Source: Felis catus (lineage: Eukaryota). From it: a stretch of 64,000 nucleotides of DNA. Under the pieces are notes generated by a model. That model had not been told where the DNA came from, searched no databases, and saw only the letters and a program-made list of their open reading frames with translations. Position numbers and translations under genes: made by a program. Positions 1 to 12,900 of this stretch are shown here, piece by piece (position 1 is the first letter of the stretch; each line of letters opens with the position of its first letter). The DNA is taken from the NCBI RefSeq assembly GCF_018350175.1, contig NC_058368.1, forward strand, positions 51,213,815 through 51,277,814, read 5' to 3'.

Positions 1-818
1 AATGGGGAATGAGATCTTAACTGAATTTAGCTCTTCTAGGTTTAAAAGAAGGAAAACAGGAGGGATAAAAGGCTAGTGTTTATGAAGCTCTTAGCCTGGC
101 GCAGTATGTTAGCTGTTATTACTACCACTGAACAAGTACAAACTGCCTCTATCCATATAATAGTAAGACCGAGGCAAGAGGGTAAGTATCACACAGGTCA
201 TCTCAGAGGGAGAAGTCAACTGCTGGTTTCAGCTACCAGACATAAGAGCAGCAGTTAAAACCTACAAAGGTAATTATTCCGGTTATAAATTATAGTGTGT
301 ATCAGTACCTGCCACCCCAAATCACACTGCACACTGATATTCTGCCCACCCCACTGGTGGGTGGGGGAGACTTGTCAGGAAGAGGGACACTCAAGTACAC
401 GACACCATAAATGATGGTTCCTGCAAACCGCAGTCCTTGTTTTTTTCTGGGAGAAAATAAACGATCACTTACTCAACAAATATTTACTCAGTGCCTAATG
501 TGTGAATGGTGTTACATTAGGTGCTTGGGATGTAAAAATGAATAGTACATGGCCCTATCTTCAAGGAGTTAGTAATCTAATCATGAAGGTAAAAAATAGT
601 AATATAATCATGATGCTAAAAAAAATACAGTGAAAGTAAAAACAAAAGAAAAATCACCCGCAGACACTTGTGTGCTTGCTATTGAGGTACTGCTCTAGTA
701 TGTCAACTCAATCTTCTACCAGTCATAGAGGCAGGAACTATTGTCCCCATTGTGCAGATAAGAAAAGTGAGGCAAAGTTAACTTAATCTTTCTTGATTCT
801 TAGGTCCCTCATCTTTTA

Positions 819-1042
819 TTTTAGTTTTTTATTTGAAAAAAAATTTTTTAACACTTATTCATTTTTGAGACAGAGTGTGGGTGGGGGAGGGGTAGAGGGA
901 GAGGGAGACACAGAATCTAAAGCAGGCTCGAGGCTCTGAGCTGTCAGCATGGAGCCTGATGTGGGGCTCAAACTCATGGACCGTGAGATCATGACCTGAA
1001 CTGAAATTGGACGCTTAACCTACTGAGCCACCCAGGAACCCC
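819..1042 (-). mobile_element. Can-SINE (feline type) with ~20-bp TSD
   Basis: tRNA-like head, (CT)-rich segment and A-tail on the minus strand; TSD cttaggtccctcatctttta at 799-818 and 1042-1061. Confidence 0.9.
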
Positions 1043-2527
1043 TTAGGTCCCTCATCTTTTAAATAGGCACAGCAATATTTAACTCTAAGTATTCTAGCAC
1101 TAAGAAGGTGGTTAATAATTATTTTAGAAAGTAACAGAGGAATGGTCTACTTTAACTTCTTAATCTGGACTCTTGTTCTTATCCATATATTAAAAATTGG
1201 AATTAATGGGTTGACAGTGGTTACAGAATCAATCCCTCCGTCCTTCTAAGTAAAATGTATGGCCATCTTCCCTGCTGATTTCACTGTGGGGTCTGCTTTA
1301 ATTCTATTCCAGTTCTCTATAGGAATGGATGAGTTAATGAGTTAGATGAATGTGAAAGGCTGGGAGAGCATGCCTCAGTCTAAGTGTTACGATCTTAGGC
1401 CAGCTACTGAATTTCTCTGGGCCTTAACTTTCTATCTGTGAAGGTGAGAATAACACCAGCTACCTTGTAGGTTGTAAAAACTAGGTAAGAAAATGTATGT
1501 GAAAATGCCCAGGATTGATGTCAGTTCCCTCCTTCTGTCATCTCTGTAAATCCTCTCCTGCCTCATCCCTCTGGCTCATGGTTGTTTCCAGGGTGAAGTC
1601 CCTGTACTGGCAGAGCTCAGTGATCATGTGAATGTGTGAGGGAAGCCTTGCCTTTGCTGGAACCTCTCAGCGACTATCCACCTCTGTGTTCTCCACACTT
1701 GTTTTATTGCTAGCTAACCTCTTGATTAATTTTAGTGTTTGGTTGTTGTTTTGTCTTCGTTTCTGAACATAGAAGAAACTTTCTTTCATTAAGTAAAAAT
1801 GTGAATTTTCCCTGATGATAATTGCTTGCTTCTAAACTTTCTCAACTAGAAGCTGCTTGTCTCTTGAGCTCCTCTGTGTCATGAAGCCAGGAAGCAAGAC
1901 CGACTCTCCTGGTTCCCATTTACTTCTAGACCACTGACTTACAACTTTCAATTCAATAACCCTCTTCCCGTGAAACTAATATGAGCCAGAAAACTGCCCC
2001 TATCGTACTTCCTTCATTTGCTGACCTCCAGCTCACCACCCTCCTCTAGCTATTACATTTCACATCTTTATGCTGGTCATTATCCTAAACACCTAGCCTC
2101 ACGTTATTCTGATCTTGCTTCTTTCAAAGTCTACTACATCTACTTTAAAATAAAAAATTCTTTTTAGAGGGGAAAGAGTGTAACAATTTCTATTTGCCAT
2201 GAACAATCTTTTATCTATTTAACATAAACAAAATAGCAAAAGTAGCTATACTTAAAAAAAAACCCTACTTACTCTTTCGGAATAGATAATATATTTCTAA
2301 TGGCTTAAAAATCAAAATGTTAAAACACTGTATACATTGAGTCACCTTTCTCCCATCTCTACCTATCTTCCTGGTTTTTCCCAATAGTAAATTAATTTTA
2401 TTAATTTCTAGTGTATCTTTCCACAGTTTTTTAAAGGCAAATATAGACAAATATGAGCATATATTTTCATTTTCCCCTTTCCTACAAGACAGCAGACTAT
2501 ATACCTTGTTTTGTAAATTGATTTTTC

Positions 2528-2760
2528 TTTTTTCTTTAAAAGTTTTCATTAAAAATTTTTTTATGTTTAGTTATTTTTGAGAGAGAAAGACAGTGCAAGT
2601 GGGGTAGGGGCAGAGAGACAGGGAGACACAGAATCCAAAGACGGCTCCAGGCTCTGAACTGTCAGCACAGAGCCTGACGTGGGACTTGAACTCACAAACT
2701 GTGAGACCATGACCTGAGCTGAAGTCGGATGCCTAACCAACTAAGCCACTCACACGCTCC
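2528..2760 (-). mobile_element. Can-SINE
   Basis: Typical body; TSD tgtaa(a/c)ttgatttttc at 2512-2527 and 2761-2776. Confidence 0.9.
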
Positions 2761-3810
2761 TGTAACTTGATTTTTCACGTAACAGTCTCCTACACATCTT
2801 TCCATATGAGTACACAGAGACTCCATCCTCATCACCATTTTCTCTTTTTGATGGTGCACAGTACTTAGTGTGTAACCACCCTCCTGCTGGACACCTGGGT
2901 TGCTTATGAATTTTTATTTTTACAAGCCATGTTGCAATGAATAGTCTTGTTTATTTGCTTTTTTTATTTACCTCACATATGTAGGTATATCCTCAGAAGT
3001 GGGACTGTTGAAAGGTAGAGGTGTTAGCAATTTTGAGAGGCTTTTTTTCAGTAGGGTTCTAGCATCTGCTCTCTGATATGCAGTGGATGAGAGTATGTTT
3101 CTCAGCTTTCAAAAGATTGTGGATTGTGCTGTAAGTACTTTTGCATGTATTTTCACCAATTTCAGATATATCTCATGTAAAATTCTCTTCTTTGGTCACA
3201 TTTACCTCCCCTTCTGCTTCCCCCACTTCTGTGAAGCCTGGTACTCCACTGCATTGGAACCACCAGCCTCCTGACCTCTTCCAATCTTTTGGGTTTCTTT
3301 TTGGTTTCATATTCCTATTTTTCTCAGCCTGGCCCCTACACACAATTATTTCTCCTGTATTCTCAGCGGCTTAACTTCTTGGCTTTCCTGACGCTCCCTA
3401 CGCTGCCGATTCTCAGCCTCTCTAGATCGAATCACTTGTCCGTTTTATGGTGCTGGTTCCAGACTTCTCAAAAAAAAAAAAATTACAACATCCTTTAAAA
3501 CTGTTCTATTATCAATTCATAATTTCAAACTTCACATGGCCCTGTAGTGCGAAACAGTGATTTTTTTACTGACTTCCTTCTTCCCCAGGTGCCGGTTTCC
3601 ATTACAACTCTTGACCCCTCATCACCATGGTGATCTTTCTACTTCACTCAGAATGTCAAAAGCTTACAAGGGCCAAGAAATTTGCTCTGATTCTTTAGTT
3701 TAGTTTGAACCGGATTTCTACCACTTGGAACAGGGTTCTCTTGTGATCATTAAATTAAACTCGAAAGTAAATACATTACAACAATGTTTTTAAAAATATT
3801 AAAAGCATAC

Positions 3811-3976
3811 CTGCAGGACAGTGTGGTAGTTCTTCCTTAGGAATGCTAGTCATTCTTTGAAAATCATCATGACAAGCATTACAAAAATGTGTTGTTCCAA
3901 AACAGAAAAAGACTGCCACTGAACAGCAGTAGCGACATTTATACTCCAAAAAGTCTGTGCCATGTTTTGGACACAT
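3811..3976 (-). CDS. MYCBP2: MYCBP2 penultimate coding exon, 166 nt: [55 protein letters not shown]
   Basis: Acceptor TATAG|ATG, donor CAG|GTATGC; downstream catalytic Cys codon at 3902-3904. The penultimate position is from recalled gene structure. Confidence 0.97.
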
Positions 3977-6900
3977 CTATAGCAAAAGAAAATAAACAGA
4001 CACAAGATTATAGTGAGTCTATTTCAATTACAGTTAAGACGGTCATATATGTAGCTTAGTGATTCGTATCATGTGAGTATGCATAGCTCTCAAAACTGAT
4101 TGGAAAACTGAGGATATATGCATTGAAAAATTAATGAATAAATGCATAGCTCTGCCCAAAAGGTCTGGAGAAGGCCCTAAATTCTCATCTCAGATTCATC
4201 ATAGCCAATCTGATTTAATAAGTAAGACAGTTGATTTCCTGGTAAATTTTTCCTGGTCAGCCAAACTGAATGGTTAATAATATTTAATCTATCTCTCAGT
4301 CTCACAGATGTACTATGAAGATTTCATGGAAGTGAGGTAAACCTAAAAGTGTGACTACAGGTTTGAGAAAGTGAAATACATAAATTTATTACTTGTTGAA
4401 ATATGGTGATAATTTTATTTAAGACAAAATTATAAAATGTAAATGCCATCCAAGAAAATAACATATATGAATTAATTTGAAAAATTATACACTGCTATAA
4501 ACACTGGGCAAAAACTTGCTGTATTATTCCCACCATCTTAGTTATATTATTATTTTTGAAAAAAAAATAGGAGCTTAACATATCTAAACTGTCTTTTCTA
4601 TTAAAATGTGCTACCCACCTGAGCCCTGGACACATCAGAACAGGCACCACAAATGAGCTCTCTGGGATCATAATCATCCCCTTGTCCAGCCTCAGCATCG
4701 CACCGAGCTTCGCCACCAAAATATGCCTATGCGGAGAACAACAACAAAAACCTTGTCATGGAAGATACAGTATGAGGATACTGAAAGTAAAATCAAGAGG
4801 TCTTAGAAAATACTATTATCTATTAGACTCTCCCCTGCAGTGCCCAGTGGATGCCCATATAGTTAGACTGGAGTATGAAATAAAGCTACTTTAATCTGGA
4901 ATAAACTCATGCATACAGCAGGAACTCCAAACACTGTACTGTCAAAGTAAAATAACAAAAGAATGTATAATATTCCAAATAAATATAAAAAATATATTAA
5001 GTAGTGAAGAGAAACTGCTTTCTCAGGGCAAAGTTTGAGTAATTTTTCTCATTTTGAAACATTAAATGTTTCCTTCTATTGCTTTGATAATCATGCGTGA
5101 GAATTTTCCAAATTTTAATACTGTAGTAGTAATAGTAGTGGGGGAAGGACAGAGAGAGAGGAAGACACAGAATTCGGAGCAGGCTCCAGGCTCCAAGCTG
5201 TCAGCACAGAGCCCGACACGGTTCGAACCACAAACCATGAAATCATGACCTGAGCTGAAGTCGGATGCTCAACCCACTAAGCCACCCAGGTGCCCCTTGA
5301 GGTTTAGAAATATTAATCTACTAGTAGCAATGTGAGTGTAAAGGATGGAATGGAGGGGTTAGGGGCTCCACACAGGGGGCTCAGTAAGAAGGCTACTATA
5401 ATTACCAAAGAAAATGATTAGGGTTGCTGAAGATGTAATAGAAAAAAAAGAATTCAGAGATATTTAGAGACAGAATTGATAAGACTTTGTAAATAAAGAC
5501 CAGACACTGAGACAGTCAAAGTCGATGAATGTAATACTTCTCATGTGGACTTTGAAGTATCTGTGAAAAAATTAAAATGTCTGGTAAGCAGTTAAATATT
5601 TGTATCTAAGTCTCAAAAAATTTTCAAGGTCAGAATGATACAGATGTTTGGCGAACAAGAGCTCTGCAAAGGTAAGAAGGTTGTAATTAGAATACAGTGC
5701 TGAGGAACTAAATCTATACAGAGCAGGTAAATGAAAACGAGCCTTATAAAGGAGTTAAAGACAAATAACCAGAAATAAAGAGTAGTACTTTCCAAGAGTA
5801 GCATCTTGGAAGCCAAGGAATTTTATGAGGAAATGGTGGTAAGAGCAAGTAGGAGAGATTTATTTAAGAACTAACTGGATTTGGCAAACAGGAGATTACT
5901 GATGTGAAGTGGCTTGTGTACAGAAATACTACATGCTTTGGAAATAGTTTGTACAGGTTAAAAAAAATCCCAAAACAAACTGAGTAAAAAAATTCAACTT
6001 AAAACATAGTATCAAGCTTTCTCATTTTTAACTTCGGACTTATATATAAGAATTCAGTATCATTATACAATTCAATTCTTAATCACATAGGTAATCTCTA
6101 GTTCTTATAAATTCCCACGATAATTTACAGCATACCTTTCTGCATTTGTAGCAGACATAATATGCATATCTATTCATGGCATAGCCAGCGGGGTCATTAT
6201 AAAATCTCACACCAGGTGTTGTGATAGCTTCACTCTTATGCAGACCTTCATATTCCAATCTCATTAAGGCTTTTCTTCTGACATCTTCATAGAGATCTTT
6301 TATTGGATCAAGCAGGTCTTTTAATACTATATGATTTATTTTGTTCTGAAATTTAAAAAATGAACATTCTTTAACAGAATCATTTATTTATGAATTCAAC
6401 AAATACTTAAGTGTGCATCTAAGAATTAAGCACTGTGTTAGGAGATAACCAGAGAGTGGACATTTTCTAAATAAAATACCGTTTAAAAATAATCCTGTAA
6501 AACCTTCACAAGCCCACATTTTTCCAAGATCAGGGACAATGGGGGCAAATGAGACATAAAGCATGAAAATTCTGTTTCATTATCTTCATATTTCCTGAGT
6601 CTGAAATATATCTTCTGTTGCCTTAGCTCTTCTGGGAATAAAAGGTTGCCTTGCTGCCACAAATAAGACCCACTCCCTCTGTGTGAGTGTCTTGGTTCTT
6701 TGGGATAGGGTAGATGAAGAGGTAGTATTTTGTATATCACCTTCGTATATCATTTCCTAAATGTGACCTTTTCTGTGGCACCATATAAGAAGAGAGAGAA
6801 AATTATTTATTACAATATTTTTGATTGTTTCTCAGTCTAACTAAACAATGATTGCAGCAAGTCTTTCCATTTTATACCCTTCATACCAGTCTGCACATCT

Positions 6901-9900
6901 GAAGGAAATAGGGAGAACTTAACAGAGGAAGGAATGAAGAATTACTAGAGAAGGCACTGTCAGTCACATTCTGAAACAGGTTTTTTGTTAATCATGACTG
7001 GCTGGCCAAATCAAGTTGCTACTTTGTTTACTATCTTTAAAGAGATTTGTCAAAATGTTAATAATCTTCTCCTTGTTTTACCTACGCTCTAAAAGAATTC
7101 GTCTTATTGGCTCTGAAAACCCAGACTTCATCTTTATTGGCAGGTGTAAGAAGCTACAAGCACCACAGACTCATTCATTTTGGTCGTCACCTGCTGTCGT
7201 GTCTCAGGATTTGATGTGAAAGTGGTGACAAACACCATGCATGATGATGTCTAAATGAATTTTCTGATGCGGTATGTTTAATTCCATTTAAACAGCTTTT
7301 AATGGACACTTACTGTTTTGAAATGCATTATAATAGATAGAGGGATCTTATAATATTCTCTGGCACACCTGGATGAAAAGAGCAGAAACTGGTGGGGAAC
7401 GGGGGTAAAAAGCAAATCGAGAAGGACACCAAGAGATGCTGACATGTTTATTCTGAAAGATGAAGGTAAAGATAAAAACAGATAGAAAGTAGACAGTTTC
7501 TGATTCTCTCCATACCTTGCAAATGGGACAAGATATAAAGCCAAATGTTATCCTTGGACCAAGCCATCTGTTTTCCAAAACTCGTCGGCAGCACTGTAAG
7601 TGGAACACGTGACTACAGTCCAGCTTAAATTGAAAAAAGAAAGGGATATAAGCAAATGTGATAACGATAAACACTTGAATAAATGGCAGATTATTCCATG
7701 TTCAATGCAAGGTGCTAGTTAAAGCAGGTAAGGGAAAAATCAAGTTTAGAATAATGAAATTTCAGATCTTCTCTGTTATTCATGAAATATTATAAACTAT
7801 ATCTTCAGCTTCTCCCAATTTGTTACCATTCGTGTATTAATGACACCTTAAAAGAGTAAGCCACGTTAGGGAGCAATTTAAAATTATTCACTTTTGTTTC
7901 TGGTAGAAAGAAGGAACTCCTGATTTAAAGGTTTAAGATTTATTTTTGAGACTATTCATTATTTTGCAGTCGTAAAAACTGAAAATATAAACAAGTGGTA
8001 AAAGTTTTAAAAACTTATTTAGCAAATTATCACTTCAATAATATTACTAACATTATAGATGTATGCAAATGCGTTACATATATAGGTATGTTTATCAATT
8101 GCATAACGCTACCATTCTGGGTTTTCGAAATTAAGAAGAGAGTAGTTACTAGATAACCTTATTATTTTTTCCTCCCTTAAGAATATTTTATACATTCTAT
8201 TGATTATACAGACTCACACAAATCACAAATTAAAGCTGAGCACACAAAATGGAAAAAACATAAAGGGACAGAATTTGCTCTTCAAGAAATGGAAGATGTT
8301 AGTGGGACATTTTCTTCCAATGATATAAAATAGGTTTAAGCGATCTGTTTATTTAACAAATATATTTATAATTCCCATTTTAAATTCTAGACACTTGTAA
8401 CACTTTAAGAGCTGAGACAACCTGAATGGCCGGTGCTGCTGAGAGCGCCTCGGTGAAACAGATCATGCACATGTCATCGGCATCTTGCTTCAGCGTCGTG
8501 GCACTTTTATCACAGCCGTGGAGACAGGGCAGACAGTGCTCTTCATTTTTAACACCTCCACATGGATGGCCACAAGGATGCGTCTTACTACAGGCTATCT
8601 TAGCATATTCCTATTAAAAATAAATTATGATGGCATTCAAAATATCAAAAAGGGCATATCTCCTGGTAATTATATCCATTATATTAATTTTCCAAGATAT
8701 TTCCCACAGGAAATACACATTGAGGCTATGTAACAATAAAGTTTTTTTTTTATTCTTCATTTGAATATAACTTAAAGATTATTAGCAAGGTTTTTAACGT
8801 GTAATTTTTAAAAAAATAGAATTTATTGTCAAGTTGGCTAACATGCAGTGTATACAGTATGCTCTTGGTTTTGGGGATAGATTCCTGTGATTTATCACTT
8901 ACATAAAACACCCAGTATTCATCCCGACAAGTGCCCCCCTCAATGCCCATCACCCATTTTTCCCTCTCCCCTCCCCCGCATCAACCCACAGTTTGTTCTA
9001 AATTTTCACTTCACATAAAGAGAATGCTGATAAAAAAGTAAAATATAATTTTAGTGGATTTATTTTCATGCATAGTCCTGAAGCAAAAAAATTCCTGATA
9101 TACAATCTCCCAATTACTACCTATCTCCTCACTACAATGGGTATAAAAAAATACAGATATCTTTCATAGCTGGACCCTATTCAAATTCTTGTTAACTTAA
9201 TTGAAGAACTGAAAATATTTGGATAGCATGGAATATGTATATGGATGTTCAGGACTACAGAATTCTTAAATACTGGAAGTTTTTTATAGGGAAATAAGTC
9301 AGTAAAGTATGTAAGAGGTAAAGAAATGCAGCCCATAGACTTTTTACCTGTTTCTAGCACAAAAGCAAACTTTAAATATGTATTATGGTGGTAACTGATA
9401 AACACACAGTCTGGTTCAGGCTTGAGAAACTTATCTGATCCATTCCCTAGCTCTGATAAAGAATTTAACTCTTTAAAAAGAATTTTTTTTTAATGTATCT
9501 TTATTTTTGAGAGCGACAGAGCATGAGTGGGGAGGGGCAGAGAGAGAGGGAGACACAGAATCCAAAACAGGCTGCAGGCTCTGAGCTGTCAGCACAGAGC
9601 CCAATGCAGGGCTCAAACTCATGAACCATGAGATCATGACCTGAGCTGAAGTAGGATGCCCAACCGACTGAGCCACCCAGGTGCCCCAAGAATTTAACTC
9701 TTGACATGAGGAATATACTAACTTAGAAAACTGAAGTGATGCTGAACTCTAACTCTTATTTATATGCAGTAAATATGTCCCGAGGGAATACAGGCTATTC
9801 CTTACTGGGGCAGCCTGACTGTCTAACTGTATACTCACCTGGCAGTCGGCATCAGAACAAACACTGCCAACAGCAGATAACTCTGTTCCACTCCTGGAAC

Positions 9901-12900
9901 CACAGAAGCGGCATGCTTCTGAGCTACTTGTGGTGGGTTTGCCTAGGTTCAAGCAGAAAAAGAAAAATCTTCCTTAAGGATATGTTTTCTACATATTTTA
10001 ATACCCAGCTAAATAAAAAAACAACAACAGGACAATCAGGTATGTATCAGTTGCTATCACTAGAAAATCAGCCTGGCAGTTTTACGGAAGGGTTGTAAGC
10101 AGTCCTAATTATAAAGGAGCTAATCACAAAAAAGGGACAAGAAACTAAAGATCTATCTGAAGCCAAACAGATAGGAGGTTGAGCAGATATGGCAAATCCC
10201 CAGCTCCAAAAACACAGATAAATATATTTTGCACATACAAAATATAATACAAATTAAGTAAGAATACACAAAAGAAAGATAATTCTTTCAGAACTACTAC
10301 AATAACAAAATTACAAGGCATAAAAGAAAACCTATCATCAGATAATATGAAACTTAAAAAACAGAAGAATTCCCATCCAAGGAACTAGAATTGACAGAGC
10401 TATATGAAAAGGAAATTAAATGTCTGAAGTCATCAAAGATGTAACAGAATCTAGAAAACAAAACAGAACAGGAAAAATAGGAAGATTTGAAAAATGTAGA
10501 CCAAGCTCATTTGATAACACAGATACAAAAATAAATATAATAGTAATACACAGAATTCAGCAATATTTACAGGAAAAAAATTTTTTTAAGGATAGTTTAA
10601 CTCATGCATACAAGAATGGTTTTACATTAGAACACTTACTAATGCATTATATGGCCCTATTAGATGATAGCAGAAAAAGAAATCAGCTATGAGAAAGACC
10701 ATGCTCTTGTAGCATGAAAAATTACTCTTATTTAAATCTGTTCAGATTTGCACTTAACTCCAACATCACAAATTTGTGTCAAATGGCAGACTACAGACGT
10801 GCTGGAAATTAAGAATTCATAAGATTCAAGGTAACTTTAAGCTGAGAATATAACCAGATTTACTTTAGAAAAAAAATCAAAAATGAAAAATCACATGTTT
10901 TGGAGATAAAATGAGTTGCTCAAGGTAACACAGCTAGTGAGTGACAAACCAGGTTTCCTGACTTGTAGTCTAGTGTTCTCTCTCCTAGATAACAGTGTCT
11001 AGTAAATACGATAATACAGTGATCGGTGATGTCATAGTTACCAGAATATACTCAAAATAATCTACATTAAATAATTCACATCAGTATCATCCAGTTCAGT
11101 AGTCACGGTTCGATCTTAAATCCTTTTACCTGTGTGTTCTCGGAACTCCACCATTGCCTTCATTGTTTTTGAATCTGCTAGAGCCATCAACCAGAACAAT
11201 TTGGTTCTACCACAGCCTTCATGAAGGTCAACCTTTATAGCTTCTTCTTCCTCTTTGAAGACCTATTGATTCATTAAAGAAAAGGGGAAAATGTTTTATT
11301 TATCACTTGGAAAGAGGAAATGTAACATTTAATTGCTCAAAAACAATAATGGCTTTTCTTCATGAAGCACTCTAAGAAGTTTCAGATATTTCCAATCTTG
11401 TCCTGAATCTTCACAACAACCCTGTTTTTTTGAATGTGGAAATCAAGTCTGAGAGAGGCTAAACGACTGTCATTTTACACAGCTGGTAAGTGACGCAGCT
11501 GGGAACGCCACTGAGGTCTCTGATCCCATAGTCCCTTTTTCCCAGTACACCGAGCCTCCTTCCCGCATTTATTTCAAAATTTATTGGATGTATCTTATGC
11601 TCCAGATGCTGTTCTGCGTGTAAAGGCAGACATCTTCACCTGTCTTTGATGAGTTTTGGTTCGCCGATGAAGATGAAGGAACCTGTCACAGTCGGTGCAC
11701 AGATTTCCACACACGTTGCATAGAATGATGGCTGCGGTTTCTCCATCATCGTGGTTGTCACACATAGGCTAAAATAAGGCATTCCCACATGTCACATTAC
11801 AGTAACAAGAAAGTTTCAGACACACATACAAATGGAATGTGATTTATTCACAACAGTAATGTTATTGTTTTGAAGTCTATTAGGAATTTAGAATCTGAAC
11901 ATTAAACAGAATTATGGCAAGTGTACTTAAATATAAAAATTCCTCCAAACCCCTAATTCAATAATTAATGTGCTGAGCAGTTTCAATGATTAATAAAATA
12001 AACATGTATGCTTTGACTAATGACTTAAGACATTTTCTCCCCCCTGTGTTCAAACATTCTGTATGCTAAATGAATAAATTATTCATTTTGAAACTTAAAC
12101 ATTAATGAGAAAATGTTGAAAGGGCCCTATATAACGTCTTCCCTTCCAGTGAATGTAGGCACACCTAGCAAGCCTACTTTAAGTATTGTGTATCTGTGAA
12201 TAAATGGTATGTCACAGTGCCTCTCTTAATGCTTTATTTCCTTCTTACCATAAGACTGGGAACATTTAGTGTAAAGTCTAGATATATAATGAGAATGTGG
12301 CTAAAAGCACATTTTGATGTGGTGCAAACATGGCTCAGAGAAGGGGAAAGCTCTTTTATATAGTAATTAAAGCCCCTAATAGACTATGAAGCAAGGACAC
12401 TAAGTGAAACAGATTTGTGAGATGAGCTGGGCAATGTGACAAAGCTTTCCACTAATTGTGCAATTTTGACTCGCAGATTTGTTTGCTTGTTTTTTAAGCT
12501 AAGCTAAAGCTTACTTATAAAGAAAAAGAAGACACGAAGACGGGTTTTTATAAAACAATTCTGATCTTACCATTTGTTTCTGCTGTCCATCCTTTCCCAT
12601 CCACCTCCCCGAGGAGAGACGATCTACATGGTCCTGATCCAGCACGCACAGTGATGCTAGAGCAAGCCAGAGCTGTTAAAAGGAAAGGCTGTCACAACAC
12701 TGAATTTTTAGAAAAGACTTGTAAAACACTGACTGCCTGACCATAACAACAGCTCAATGCTAGCTGAATTTGAAAATACATGGATGCCCAGTGGTACTCC
12801 AGTTTTCCTGATGTGGTACCAGGCACACATGCTCATTGCCGTATGTGTCATGCACACAGTAGGCACTCAAATATTTACTGAATAAATCACTGCTGCTCTG

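Noticed and set aside
1..3810. Terminal MYCBP2 exon or 3'UTR
   Set aside because: I found no acceptor followed by the expected C-terminal peptide; the region looks intronic (L2, MIR, SINE, L1 relics), so the last exon lies beyond position 1.
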